A DNA stretch of 38,553 nucleotides from the IMG/VR virus record IMGVR_UViG_3300011443_000032, positions 1 to 38,553 of that record; one strand, written 5' to 3'. Below, piece by piece: positions 28,252-36,545 of this stretch. The number at the start of each line of letters is the position of its first letter. Within the stretch, counting starts at the first letter, position 1. Position numbers and translations under genes: made by a program. The notes beneath the pieces are model-generated. The model saw only the letters and a program-made list of their open reading frames with translations. It had not been told where the DNA came from and searched no databases. The stretch is from a virus (Duplodnaviria; Caudoviricetes).

Positions 28252-28596
28252 TTAGTCCTCCTTCTTCTTCAGCAGCGGATTTGGATTGGACTTCGGGGGT
28301 GTCACACCTTGCCCCACATTCGCCTTCCGAGAAGTCGAAGCAGGATCGATGAACTCCGGATCATTGAAGTTTCCAAGGATCGGATTATCTCCGAACTCAA
28401 CTCCCCTAATCACGAACGACTCCTGTTGATCAGGGAACACACGCAAGTTAACCGTCTTGGTGTCTTCGCTGATCCAGGTCACGAGCGCCGCACTCAGTGT
28501 CCCCGGTCCAACCCTCGCCAGCACTTCCTTCGGTGCCGCTTGCATATCGGTCGGGGCCTTATACGTTCCACAGGTTCCAACTGCCGTCATCCTCAC
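28252..28596 (-). CDS. hypothetical protein with a small beta-barrel-like AALVT..VNLRVF motif
   Basis: 114 aa, AGGAGGTGAGG RBS region. Confidence 0.7.
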   Translation of the reverse strand: MRMTAVGTCGTYKAPTDMQAAPKEVLARVGPGTLSAALVTWISEDTKTVNLRVFPDQQESFVIRGVEFGDNPILGNFNDPEFIDPASTSRKANVGQGVTPPKSNPNPLLKKKED

Positions 28597-28602
28597 CTCC
28601 TG

Positions 28603-28797
28603 TTAATCGAGACACGCATTTGTAGTTATAACGATCTGGCGAACTCGGCCCGCCACAGCCGTCTCCGTGATTCGCCTCGTCTGATCGATCTTGCCCCCGA
28701 GGCAGGGCCTTTCAACCAAGGGCTCTTGATAAACCCACTGTCCACGACAACCGGAAAGAAACAACAGTGTGATAATCAAGAGCGCCCTCATTTGCAT
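28603..28797 (-). CDS. small lipoprotein (o-spanin-like candidate)
   Basis: Signal peptide MRALLIITLLF plus lipobox LSGC, and two further Cys. Confidence 0.55.
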   Translation of the reverse strand: MQMRALLIITLLFLSGCRGQWVYQEPLVERPCLGGKIDQTRRITETAVAGRVRQIVITTNACLD

Positions 28798-28976
28798 TTC
28801 TGGATCACCTCTGCTAACAGCTTATCACGTTCCGTCGCCCTCTCGGCGAGGCCATGAAGCATGTACCAAACGATTCCCAGACACATTATATTTATGATAA
28901 CAACAGGCAAGGCAAGCGGTTGGTTCTTCAACGCGTCCGCAAGCGTGTGAGCAACCTTGCCTGTTGCGTGGATCAT
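28788..28976 (-). CDS. single-TM membrane protein (holin or i-spanin-like candidate)
   Basis: LALPVVIINIMCLGIVWYML hydrophobic helix followed by a short charged helix. Confidence 0.55.
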   Translation of the reverse strand: MIHATGKVAHTLADALKNQPLALPVVIINIMCLGIVWYMLHGLAERATERDKLLAEVIQKCK

Positions 28977-30166
28977 CTAGCTTCCAGCTCCTCCACCCTT
29001 GCTTTCAGTTCCTTCACCGCATTGATCAGCGCGAACACGATGGGACCAGTGTCGAGCGTCCGCAAGTCTTGCACTTCAACACCGTCGATGAAGCCTTTGC
29101 CTGATTTGACTATCTCTGGCATTGGCACTTCAGCTTGTTGAGCAACTAGACCGATGAACTCTGTCTGTGCAACAGCTGCGCCGTAGTGCATTGATGTCTC
29201 GTAAGGTACTACAACAGCTTCCTTACTCTTCGGCAGCATCTTGCCATCATCACCCATCTTCATCGGATTGGCGGGATGCACGTCAGTCTCATTGCCTTTG
29301 AATGTGTAGCGCACTGGCTGTAGTGCAGCTATAGCATCGAGGCCGTTGATGTAATCACCAAGCACATTCTTGATGCGTTCATCTGAATAAGCAACGAATG
29401 GACCGCCAACTGTGGTGTAGCAGTAATCACCACGAAAGTCCATCATGTAGCCGCCACTCTCCAAGCGTATGCCTGCCCATGCACCGGGTACGTGCATAGC
29501 ATTCACAAACATCGGATAGATGTTAGGATTAGCTCGAACCATGTAGCCGACGTAGAAACCTCCACCATCTAATACGTTGTCTAGGTTCACACCACCAGCA
29601 CCGCAGTAGAGAGCATTCACGCAACGAATGTAATTCCCTGCGTACATAGTGCCGTCAGTGTTGACGGACGAATTACCATGCACAGAGCCAGCACCGAGTG
29701 AACCACCTACCGATCCATTGCCTGACATAGAGAGGGTGACACCGTACACACCAGCAGCAGCAGTCAAATTGGCTGCTTGTAGATTGGCTGCTATTTCGAC
29801 AAGACCATTTGCACGATTGATCTTCACAGCATTAGTGATACCAACACCGTCGTCTCCATGACGGTCGATTGTAAAGTTGCTGCCTGCGTTGCTACCTGTC
29901 TCGGCTTCGTTCGAGCCGAGTTGTATAGCCCAACGAATAAGGTCATTCGTCTTGCCGTAGAGTGCAGCAGTCTGACCACCTCCTGTTCTGTTGAGTGATA
30001 TCGTAGGATTTGCATACGTCAGTGTCAGCCCGCCACTCATCACATCGCCGGTCTTCGAGACCTTCGAATTGATATCCGCTCCAGTCGTGACCCACTTCTC
30101 GCCGTCCCAGCGATAGACACCATAGACTTGATCGATGGCCGGAGATGTTGGAAAATCAAGCGCCAT
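28973..30166 (-). CDS. fibre/spike protein with a C-terminal peptidase S74 intramolecular chaperone
   Basis: N-terminal FPTSP..Y.WDGEKW, VSKTGDVMSGGL, beta-helix-like middle, YSDERIK..LQPVRY..IGLVAQ..LINAVKELKARVEEL. Confidence 0.85.
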   Translation of the reverse strand: MALDFPTSPAIDQVYGVYRWDGEKWVTTGADINSKVSKTGDVMSGGLTLTYANPTISLNRTGGGQTAALYGKTNDLIRWAIQLGSNEAETGSNAGSNFTIDRHGDDGVGITNAVKINRANGLVEIAANLQAANLTAAAGVYGVTLSMSGNGSVGGSLGAGSVHGNSSVNTDGTMYAGNYIRCVNALYCGAGGVNLDNVLDGGGFYVGYMVRANPNIYPMFVNAMHVPGAWAGIRLESGGYMMDFRGDYCYTTVGGPFVAYSDERIKNVLGDYINGLDAIAALQPVRYTFKGNETDVHPANPMKMGDDGKMLPKSKEAVVVPYETSMHYGAAVAQTEFIGLVAQQAEVPMPEIVKSGKGFIDGVEVQDLRTLDTGPIVFALINAVKELKARVEELEAR

Positions 30167-30353
30167 CTTTGTTCTCCATCATAGTCGGCCCGTCGTAAGC
30201 ATCCGGCTCCCCGCCCTTCTCTCGCCACTCAAGATACGCCTGCCAGTCCCGATTCTTTGGCTCAGGCGGTATGCGAGCGCCATCACTCGTTCGAATCACT
30301 GATCCATCCGCAAGCGGTCCTTCAGTTATTGTGAGTTTGTACTCAGCCATCAC
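30156..30353 (-). CDS. fibre assembly chaperone-like small protein
   Basis: IPPEPKNRDWQAYLEW motif, located between two fibre genes. Confidence 0.65.
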   Translation of the reverse strand: MMAEYKLTITEGPLADGSVIRTSDGARIPPEPKNRDWQAYLEWREKGGEPDAYDGPTMMENKDGA

Positions 30354-32635
30354 GACATCCTCGCATCCGCACAGAACCTATGGCCCACAAGATAAGTGTG
30401 ACCAACTGCCGCATTGGATATATAAGTAGCGCAACCAAAAAATGCAGCGCGGGCCACTTCATAAGCACCTATATTAGCTGATGCTTGACTATTATCAGGT
30501 ATAACTGCACCAAGCGTTGGCGTTGTTCGTTTATCCACCGCGAATCTTACTTGTGCAGAACAGGGCTCGCCTACAGCATGACCATAGAACCACAGACTAA
30601 ATGGAACCCACTCATAATACCGTTGACACGCCAGAAGCTCCACATCATAAGGCGGCATGATCTGTGACGAGAGCGCTGGAGTTAGGGTCTGTGTTCCAGG
30701 GAGTATAACGACGCCAGTGATTCGGAAGACGTCAGTGTTTGCGGCCACGCCGTTGACTTGCCCCGTCGCCCCCATGAAGTTCCCGGCCGTCCAAACATTC
30801 GGCGCTGTTAAGTATGTACTACCGCTGCCCATCTGAAAGATAATCGACATCCCAGGCGAGTTATTTCTCAACCACGTTCCCGCTGTATCCCCCGGAATAG
30901 TGATTGTGTTGTACTGAGCAACGCTCGGGGTATTGTGAGTATAGGTCGCGGCGTAGGAGCGATTAGGTGTTCCAGCATTCACTGCGTTCCGGATCGCTAT
31001 GCTGTAAACACCGGCCCGACTGTGTGCAGACCAGAAGCCGATCGTGATTGGCTGAGCACCCGCCGTGCCCCAACTAAGCCTTCCAATGCGAGTACCCTCG
31101 ATATATTGAACGATGTAAGTGAAGTCACCAGCCCCCAAAGAAGGCTGTCCCGTTGCCACAATGAGATGGAGATAATTGGCGAACCCTGGAAAAAGAGTTG
31201 GGCTGTTGTCTACAACACCAGCATTAACTACCATCGAGCCACTCTTGTGCGTAGCCCAACCATCACAAGAATAAACTACTGTCGGCCCCACAGCATTACC
31301 AGCCACCCCAAGCTCTTGGCTAATCAAAAACGAGCCGTTGATCGTCATAGAACTGTAGGCGTTTGCCGGGGCTGTCGCACCAGCAGGACCGGCCGCACCC
31401 GTAGGACCAGCTGGACCAATCACACCCTGCGGACCAGTCGGCCCCGCTGGACCCGAGCCAACCACCGCAACCCACTGCGTCGTGGAGCCGTCGTTGTAGC
31501 GGACATAGAGCGAGCCGCCGTCTGCGTCCCACCACAGCGAGTCCGAAAGTGGAGTGGGCGGCGGGTCTGGAGCCACTACAACTTTTTTGTCAACATAGCC
31601 CTTAGTCGCGGCTTGCAACGGAGCAGTTGGGTCCGCGCTGAGCGTCAGCGCCCCCGTCATAGTGTCGCCGACGATATCAACGAACTTCGCGTCCGCCTCA
31701 GCCTTTGTGTAGGAGGCCGAAGCGGCAGTCACCGCGAACCAGACTCCTCTCGTCGAAGACCACTTCCACAGTGCTCCGGGGATCGGGTTGTAAGTCGCTC
31801 CGTCCACAGGCGCGACGGGGAAGATGAACTTCGTGAACGAGGCGGGCATCGTTGCGAGGTAAGGGATTGATTCGATCCACTGCGACGTAGTGCCGTCGTT
31901 GTAGTAAGTGAACATAAGGCCCGTGGCCACGTCAAGCCACAGTGTATCAGGGAATGGGGCCGCAGGCTTTATCTCCGATACGATAATACTTGCCGAGCCG
32001 CCGCCTCCACCAGCAGCCCCATTGATCTTAACATCCACTTCTTCATTAGCCACATCATCCGTGATCTCGAGTGTAGTGTTCGCGCCCGTCACGAAGTTAA
32101 CACCGCGCCTCACTCCAATAACCACTCCGTCCTTCTTAACGGAGACGCGGGCGTTATCACTCGCACCAATCGCCCCAATCGCCTCTCGCGCGGCTTGAGG
32201 GGAGGGCGCACGAACAAGCTGCTGTCCTACAGATGAAGAGTCACTAATCTCGACCACCGGATGGGAGTGTTGTGTAGGCGGGAACTCACTCGGCTTGTCG
32301 TCGATGAACTCCCACGAAACCCCGAGGCCATCCGGCAGTTGACTCGCGGGCACCTTCCCCGTTGTGTCAAGGGCCGCATATCCGCTTGGCTCCCCTCGAG
32401 CCGTGATATCCTGCTTGACATTCAGGATGTCCTGAAGCCCATTAACGTCAGTGACCGGATGTGTGTGAACACTCGGCGGGAACGTCGCGGGCTTCCCAGT
32501 AATCTCATTCCACGCCGTCCCACCTCGAACCACCCGCCATGCCTGTCGCCCCGAGTCATACTGCCACGTTACCGGGATACCCGGAGGAGTGTATTGTGCT
32601 CCGTGGAGCGGCGCGATTGGGAAGAGAATGCCCAT
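30350..32635 (-). CDS. modular fibre protein with HxH motifs, a collagen-like Gly-X-Y stretch and a C-terminal beta-sandwich-like domain
   Basis: WNEITGKPATFPPSVHTH and a second similar repeat, GDTMTGAL..AATKGYVD, GPAGPTGPQG repeats (about 31375-31460), INGSF.ISQ..ELLACQRYY. Confidence 0.82.
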   Translation of the reverse strand: MGILFPIAPLHGAQYTPPGIPVTWQYDSGRQAWRVVRGGTAWNEITGKPATFPPSVHTHPVTDVNGLQDILNVKQDITARGEPSGYAALDTTGKVPASQLPDGLGVSWEFIDDKPSEFPPTQHSHPVVEISDSSSVGQQLVRAPSPQAAREAIGAIGASDNARVSVKKDGVVIGVRRGVNFVTGANTTLEITDDVANEEVDVKINGAAGGGGGSASIIVSEIKPAAPFPDTLWLDVATGLMFTYYNDGTTSQWIESIPYLATMPASFTKFIFPVAPVDGATYNPIPGALWKWSSTRGVWFAVTAASASYTKAEADAKFVDIVGDTMTGALTLSADPTAPLQAATKGYVDKKVVVAPDPPPTPLSDSLWWDADGGSLYVRYNDGSTTQWVAVVGSGPAGPTGPQGVIGPAGPTGAAGPAGATAPANAYSSMTINGSFLISQELGVAGNAVGPTVVYSCDGWATHKSGSMVVNAGVVDNSPTLFPGFANYLHLIVATGQPSLGAGDFTYIVQYIEGTRIGRLSWGTAGAQPITIGFWSAHSRAGVYSIAIRNAVNAGTPNRSYAATYTHNTPSVAQYNTITIPGDTAGTWLRNNSPGMSIIFQMGSGSTYLTAPNVWTAGNFMGATGQVNGVAANTDVFRITGVVILPGTQTLTPALSSQIMPPYDVELLACQRYYEWVPFSLWFYGHAVGEPCSAQVRFAVDKRTTPTLGAVIPDNSQASANIGAYEVARAAFFGCATYISNAAVGHTYLVGHRFCADARMS

Positions 32636-32644
32636 CAGTCTCTC

Positions 32645-33106
32645 CTAGGCGATCGGGTTAATGTGAGCAGGCTCTACCCACACACCTTGCTGAAAGATGA
32701 AGAAGTTATTGATCGTGGTGTCGAGCCAAGCCATTCCCTCGATCGGCTGCGTCGGTTTCGTATCCGAGATAACAACCGCCGAAACACCTCCCGACCCCGC
32801 ACCGCCAACAACTGGAGTCCACGCCTGATTCCTTCGACCATAAATCACTCCATCTGATGGGGCCTCGGGCAACGCCGAGTCCTCGTTAACTGAGGGCGTC
32901 CACGTCCGCTCTCGACTCAGTGCATCATCCCGCGCGACACGCACTTCGTAATAAGGCGGATACTCTCCAGCGGGATAGATGATTAGCGAAGCCTCTTCTC
33001 CGTTAACGCTCGTCACCAAACCCGAGAGAAACTGACCCGGCCCCCACCGCTCCTCATGAGCAGTGCCCGGCCTAAAGACAACTCCCTGTCCAAGTTTAAC
33101 TGCCAT
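32645..33106 (-). CDS. short fibre-associated/adaptor protein
   Basis: EAPSDGVIYGRRNQAW and P..GMAWLDT..W modules typical of fibre proteins. Confidence 0.68.
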   Translation of the reverse strand: MAVKLGQGVVFRPGTAHEERWGPGQFLSGLVTSVNGEEASLIIYPAGEYPPYYEVRVARDDALSRERTWTPSVNEDSALPEAPSDGVIYGRRNQAWTPVVGGAGSGGVSAVVISDTKPTQPIEGMAWLDTTINNFFIFQQGVWVEPAHINPIA

Positions 33107-33121
33107 AGCTACCTCGCAAGG

Positions 33122-34660
33122 TCATGCCGCGTCCCCTAGCACGGCCTTGTTCGTGAAGGGGTCATAGTCGACGCCCTCAGCAGTCGGCTGCTTGTTTCGG
33201 AACTGTGCCCACTCCCCGCCCGCGCGTGAGTTAGGCATCACGGGATAAGCAAAGGTTAGGGCAAGGGCGTCCGCAAGATCGGGCGAACCAACTCCGCGCT
33301 TCTTCATATCCTCTTTACGTTCCAGCTGGATTTCATCCCGCACGTTAAAGCCGTACTCCGGTCCCGGCAGCTCCTCCCGGAACTGTTGCATCATCTGACC
33401 TTCAGTGGGGAGGCATCCGACGTCGAGCCATTTTCGTAGAGAGAACCAGATTTCAGAACGCTTGTTTGCAGCTCGGACCCCTTCATCCATATCAGTACGA
33501 TCGGATTTTCCGCCGAACTGAATGTCAAAGACGGGGACATGAAGCTGTCGCAGACGGTCGACAACGCCGCCTCCAACTCCGCCTCCGTCAATGAACACTG
33601 CGTCTGCTGAGTATTGGGCATATGCTTCCGCCACCTTCGAGGCCAGGGTCATCGTATCGACGTTTCTGAAAAGAACAGGCTCAACTGTTCTGGCGTCTCT
33701 GCCCTTTCGGAAGGCGATGCACGAAGCATCGTCACCGAAGCGAGCAACGTCAACTCCGATAATAAACGGCTCGAACGGCGAGGCTCTTGTCGGTAGCTCT
33801 CTCGTAATCGCAGCTTCAACTGTGTCGAGCCCGATGAACTGCATGGAGCCTGTTCGTGGGAAGACTCCGCGGACACGGACTCGAACGAAGTCTGAATCTT
33901 CTCCATAGTCCTTCACCCATCGTTTGAATTGCTCTTTGTTTGTGATTGAGACGGTTCTTGAGTCAACCTCGAAGGTCTTCCAGCGATAACGGAAACGGCC
34001 GAAGCACTCACGGAACCGGCCGCTGTTTCGTGTCGGGTTCCCGCAGACCATCCAAAGGATCTGAGTGTCACTATCTGTAAGAGCGCCTTCAGTTGTTTCC
34101 CAGATAACGTCTGGAATGGCTGAGGCCTCGTCGAAGATAACCAATATGCGTTTGCCCTTGTTATGAAGTCCGGCGAACGCTTCTGTGCTCCGCTCTGACC
34201 ATGCGACAAGATCAATCCTCCAGCTTCGTTCCCGTTCCGGGCTCGTGTTATAGATTGCAGTGGCCGTCATCTTGAAAAATTCTCTGGCTATAAAAAGCCG
34301 GTGCCACTTCGTCAGCTCCGCCCACGTCTTCGTCTTGAGCTGGACTTCCGTATTGGCTGTGACGACCCCTCGAGTATCTTCATAAGTAGACAAAGCCCAC
34401 AGTATGATCCACGCAACGAGGGCGCTCTTGCCGACACCGTGGCCAGACGCGATAGCCAATTGGATAGCTTGATTTGGTGTGAGCAGGCCGTCCCGGATCG
34501 ACTCGAGCACTTTAAGTTGCCAAGACTCCGGCCCCTTGAATTTCTCGAGTTCACCCGGCTTCCCCCACTCAAACGCCCACGCGACGAAGGCCACCGGATC
34601 GTCGGAGTGCGTTCCGAGATCGGAGATCATCTTGATCCGGGTTTCGTCGAGTGTGTCCAC
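33122..34660 (-). CDS. terL: terminase large subunit
   Basis: Walker A ASGHGVGKS, Walker B LVIFDEAS, GNPTR, nuclease GVDVARFGDD and SPDLADALALTF. Confidence 0.93.
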   Translation of the reverse strand: MDTLDETRIKMISDLGTHSDDPVAFVAWAFEWGKPGELEKFKGPESWQLKVLESIRDGLLTPNQAIQLAIASGHGVGKSALVAWIILWALSTYEDTRGVVTANTEVQLKTKTWAELTKWHRLFIAREFFKMTATAIYNTSPERERSWRIDLVAWSERSTEAFAGLHNKGKRILVIFDEASAIPDVIWETTEGALTDSDTQILWMVCGNPTRNSGRFRECFGRFRYRWKTFEVDSRTVSITNKEQFKRWVKDYGEDSDFVRVRVRGVFPRTGSMQFIGLDTVEAAITRELPTRASPFEPFIIGVDVARFGDDASCIAFRKGRDARTVEPVLFRNVDTMTLASKVAEAYAQYSADAVFIDGGGVGGGVVDRLRQLHVPVFDIQFGGKSDRTDMDEGVRAANKRSEIWFSLRKWLDVGCLPTEGQMMQQFREELPGPEYGFNVRDEIQLERKEDMKKRGVGSPDLADALALTFAYPVMPNSRAGGEWAQFRNKQPTAEGVDYDPFTNKAVLGDAA

Positions 34661-34676
34661 AGACTTGATTCTCGCT

Positions 34677-34772
34677 TTACCTAACAGCCGTTAACCAGAA
34701 GCTCCAGATCACCGCAGCGACCGCTAAGCCAACCATAACCCCGCCGAAGAACTCCACATCAAAGCGCATCAT
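34677..34772 (-). CDS. possible 31-aa single-TM peptide
   Basis: Read manually: MMRFDVEFFGGVMVGLAVAAVIWSFWLTAVR. Weak RBS. Confidence 0.35.
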   Translation of the reverse strand: MMRFDVEFFGGVMVGLAVAAVIWSFWLTAVR

Positions 34773-34784
34773 CGAGCTACACCG

Positions 34785-34818
34785 AAAAGGCCGGGGGAGG
34801 AGTCAGGGCCTCCCCCGG
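34785..34818 (-). terminator. putative weak terminator between small and large terminase
   Basis: CCGGGGGAGG 34791-34800 pairs with CCTCCCCCGG 34809-34818, followed by CCTTTT on the minus strand. Confidence 0.5.
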
Positions 34819-34868
34819 AGTGCAGGCCGAAGGGACGTCAAGCTCGGCCATTAAGTGGAGGGCCAACG

Positions 34869-35453
34869 TCATTGCTGGCCCTCCGGGTCAAGGGGGGAAA
34901 GGTCCGAGATTACCTTGACCGCTACTTCCTTTGCCGCCTCTGCACGCTTCCGCGCTTCGGCCAAGCGGTCGGCGAATGAGTTAAGGTCAACATTAACATT
35001 AACGCTCTTTGTTGTCGGAGCGTGTCCTGTTCGATCGGCGAGGGTCTTGACCATTTCGAGCAAGGCCCCCGGAGTAAATTCCTCTGGACGCTCGTCCAAG
35101 CGTTCACGAAGCTCGGCGATAGCATCCAAAGAAAGAGTGGCCATCCGATCGTGGAGGTTCGCATAGGCGGCGTCCTGAGACTGACGATAGAACTCGAGAA
35201 GCTCCTTGAATGAAGGATCGTTCTGAAGCACGCTGATGCGGCTGGGGCTATAGCCGGTGATAAGGGAGGCTTCCCCCGGCTTCATCCCAGCCGCCAGCGC
35301 TCGCGCAAGCGCATGATGTGAATCACGCAACTTGGCGATGGGCCTTGACTGAACGCCACGGGGAGCGTCCAACAAGACCAGATCGGCTTCATTCAGCTCG
35401 CGCACGAAATCGGCCTCCACCTCAGAGGTTGATCGGCCAATCACCCTTGGCAT
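34869..35453 (-). CDS. putative terminase small subunit (HTH protein)
   Basis: Likely start ATG 35453 (GGAG RBS). HTH-like GMKPGEASLITGYSPSRISVL, helical middle, upstream of terL. Confidence 0.62.
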   Translation of the reverse strand: MPRVIGRSTSEVEADFVRELNEADLVLLDAPRGVQSRPIAKLRDSHHALARALAAGMKPGEASLITGYSPSRISVLQNDPSFKELLEFYRQSQDAAYANLHDRMATLSLDAIAELRERLDERPEEFTPGALLEMVKTLADRTGHAPTTKSVNVNVDLNSFADRLAEARKRAEAAKEVAVKVISDLSPLDPEGQQ

Positions 35454-35937
35454 TAGCTCGTCTCCACTCCACTCGAATGAACTCACGTAACCCAAGACTC
35501 GGTTGGAAGTCCGGGTACAAGGTTTTTCGAAACTCGATCTCTCCCACATCATAGGGCTTATCCACACAGAAGCTGTGATGTTTCCACAGGTAGAGAAAGG
35601 CCATGCCTGGGGCTCGTGATCCGCCCTGATTACAATGCACGAGTACCTTCTGCCCTCTTTCCAGCTCAGCATGGATGAACTCCACTCCAGCCCACACCAT
35701 ATCAGGGTGGAAGAACGCAGCCCGCTCCGCGTCGATCATATTAAGGATCAAGCGGTCGCTCCGTCGAGCCATGAGATACTCAGGGTCGTCCTTCGGCGCG
35801 CTTCGGCCCGTGTACCCGAGGGCTTCGCGGTGCCACGGCTCCTTCGCGCAGCAGAGCACTGACCAATCGAGGTTATCACGAACTGTTTCATAGTCCATTC
35901 CGTTCCCGACGAACAAGTTTGCGTAAACCTCAAGCAC
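35422..35937 (-). CDS. dual-specificity / PTP-superfamily phosphatase
   Basis: NLFVGN, LNMIDA acid loop, KVLVHCNQGGSRA (HCx5R P-loop). Confidence 0.85.
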   Translation of the reverse strand: MLEVYANLFVGNGMDYETVRDNLDWSVLCCAKEPWHREALGYTGRSAPKDDPEYLMARRSDRLILNMIDAERAAFFHPDMVWAGVEFIHAELERGQKVLVHCNQGGSRAPGMAFLYLWKHHSFCVDKPYDVGEIEFRKTLYPDFQPSLGLREFIRVEWRRANAKGDWPINL

Positions 35938-36106
35938 CGTACCGCCCCGATCCCTGTGCCGCTTGCGTTCGCAGCTGTTCCATCTCGAACTTCATTCGTT
36001 GAATCTCAAGCTCCAACGCAGTGACCTCGGCCTCTAGGCCGGTGACGTCCGCCTGAAGCTCCTGCCGAACGGGGCAGATCAGATCGTCCTCGAGTTTGCA
36101 TTCCAT
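35930..36106 (-). CDS. small coiled-coil protein (58 aa)
   Basis: Read manually: MECKLEDDLICPVRQELQADVTGLEAEVTALELEIQRMKFEMEQLR.... Stop overlaps the phosphatase GTG. Confidence 0.55.
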   Translation of the reverse strand: MECKLEDDLICPVRQELQADVTGLEAEVTALELEIQRMKFEMEQLRTQAAQGSGRYGA

Positions 36107-36180
36107 TGCACTTGACCTAACAGCCGCGACAAATCGAAGGCGGCGCTGGAGGAATCGGACTTAACGGCTCGACCGACGAC

Positions 36181-36399
36181 TCAGCGAAAGGGCTTCAGTG
36201 ACCCGATCGAACCTCCCATAAACAAAGTCAGCAACGCGATCAACGCGATGAGCAAGACGATCACCCAGACGCCTTGCTTAACTTTCTCTGGGATTTGGCT
36301 TACGAAGCTTTCGATCACCCAGATCGCGAGATAAACGATCCCGCACAACACGATCAGGCCGATCAGAAACCACAGGACGCTTATTGCGATCGACAACAT
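36181..36399 (-). CDS. two-TM small membrane protein (holin-like candidate)
   Basis: Likely start ATG 36399 after GGGAGG. Two long hydrophobic helices and a basic C-terminus. Confidence 0.7.
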   Translation of the reverse strand: MLSIAISVLWFLIGLIVLCGIVYLAIWVIESFVSQIPEKVKQGVWVIVLLIALIALLTLFMGGSIGSLKPFR

Positions 36400-36517
36400 C
36401 TTGGCCTCCCACGAGCTGAAGCGTTCGGAACTTATGATCGCACTGTGGAAATTGCAGTGGGAAGAGGTGGGCCGTCTCGACCCAACCGCAGACCACACAC
36501 TGCAAGCCCCTTCCCAT
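36278..36517 (-). CDS. possible small Cys/His (Zn-binding-like) protein
   Basis: CVVCG..H..C.H in the N-terminal half, GGAG RBS. The 3' half overlaps the membrane gene by about 120 nt. Confidence 0.35.
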   Translation of the reverse strand: MGRGLQCVVCGWVETAHLFPLQFPQCDHKFRTLQLVGGQDVVDRNKRPVVSDRPDRVVRDRLSRDLGDRKLRKPNPRES

Positions 36518-36545
36518 CAAGTAACTCCACTTGACCTAACAGCCG

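Larger units (their letters stand above)
36109..36545 (-). repeat. 18-bp identical motif CGGCTGTTAGGTCAAGTG (minus strand) at 36109-36126 and 36528-36545, with a 12-bp core also at 34679-34690
   Basis: Plus strand CACTTGACCTAACAGCCG twice, and ACCTAACAGCCG at 34679. All lie just upstream of minus-strand starts. Confidence 0.85.

Noticed and set aside
28973-32635. Diversity-generating retroelement, as in BPP-1
   Set aside because: No reverse transcriptase (no YxDD protein), no Avd-like gene and no TR/VR repeat pair seen in the window.
8711-34694. Many antisense or alternate-frame ORFs in the track (e.g. 9807..10562, 12870..13574, 30935..31870)
   Set aside because: They are shadows of well-supported genes on the other strand, with no motifs or convincing RBS.
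35454-35672. N-terminal extension of track ORF 34869..35672
   Set aside because: It overlaps the phosphatase in another frame. The ATG at 35453 has a proper RBS.
36109-36545. GTTAGGT in the 18-bp motif matches the integron core site GTTRRRY
   Set aside because: No upstream RYYYAAC inverse core or attC-like palindrome, and no integron integrase. One copy follows a stop codon directly.
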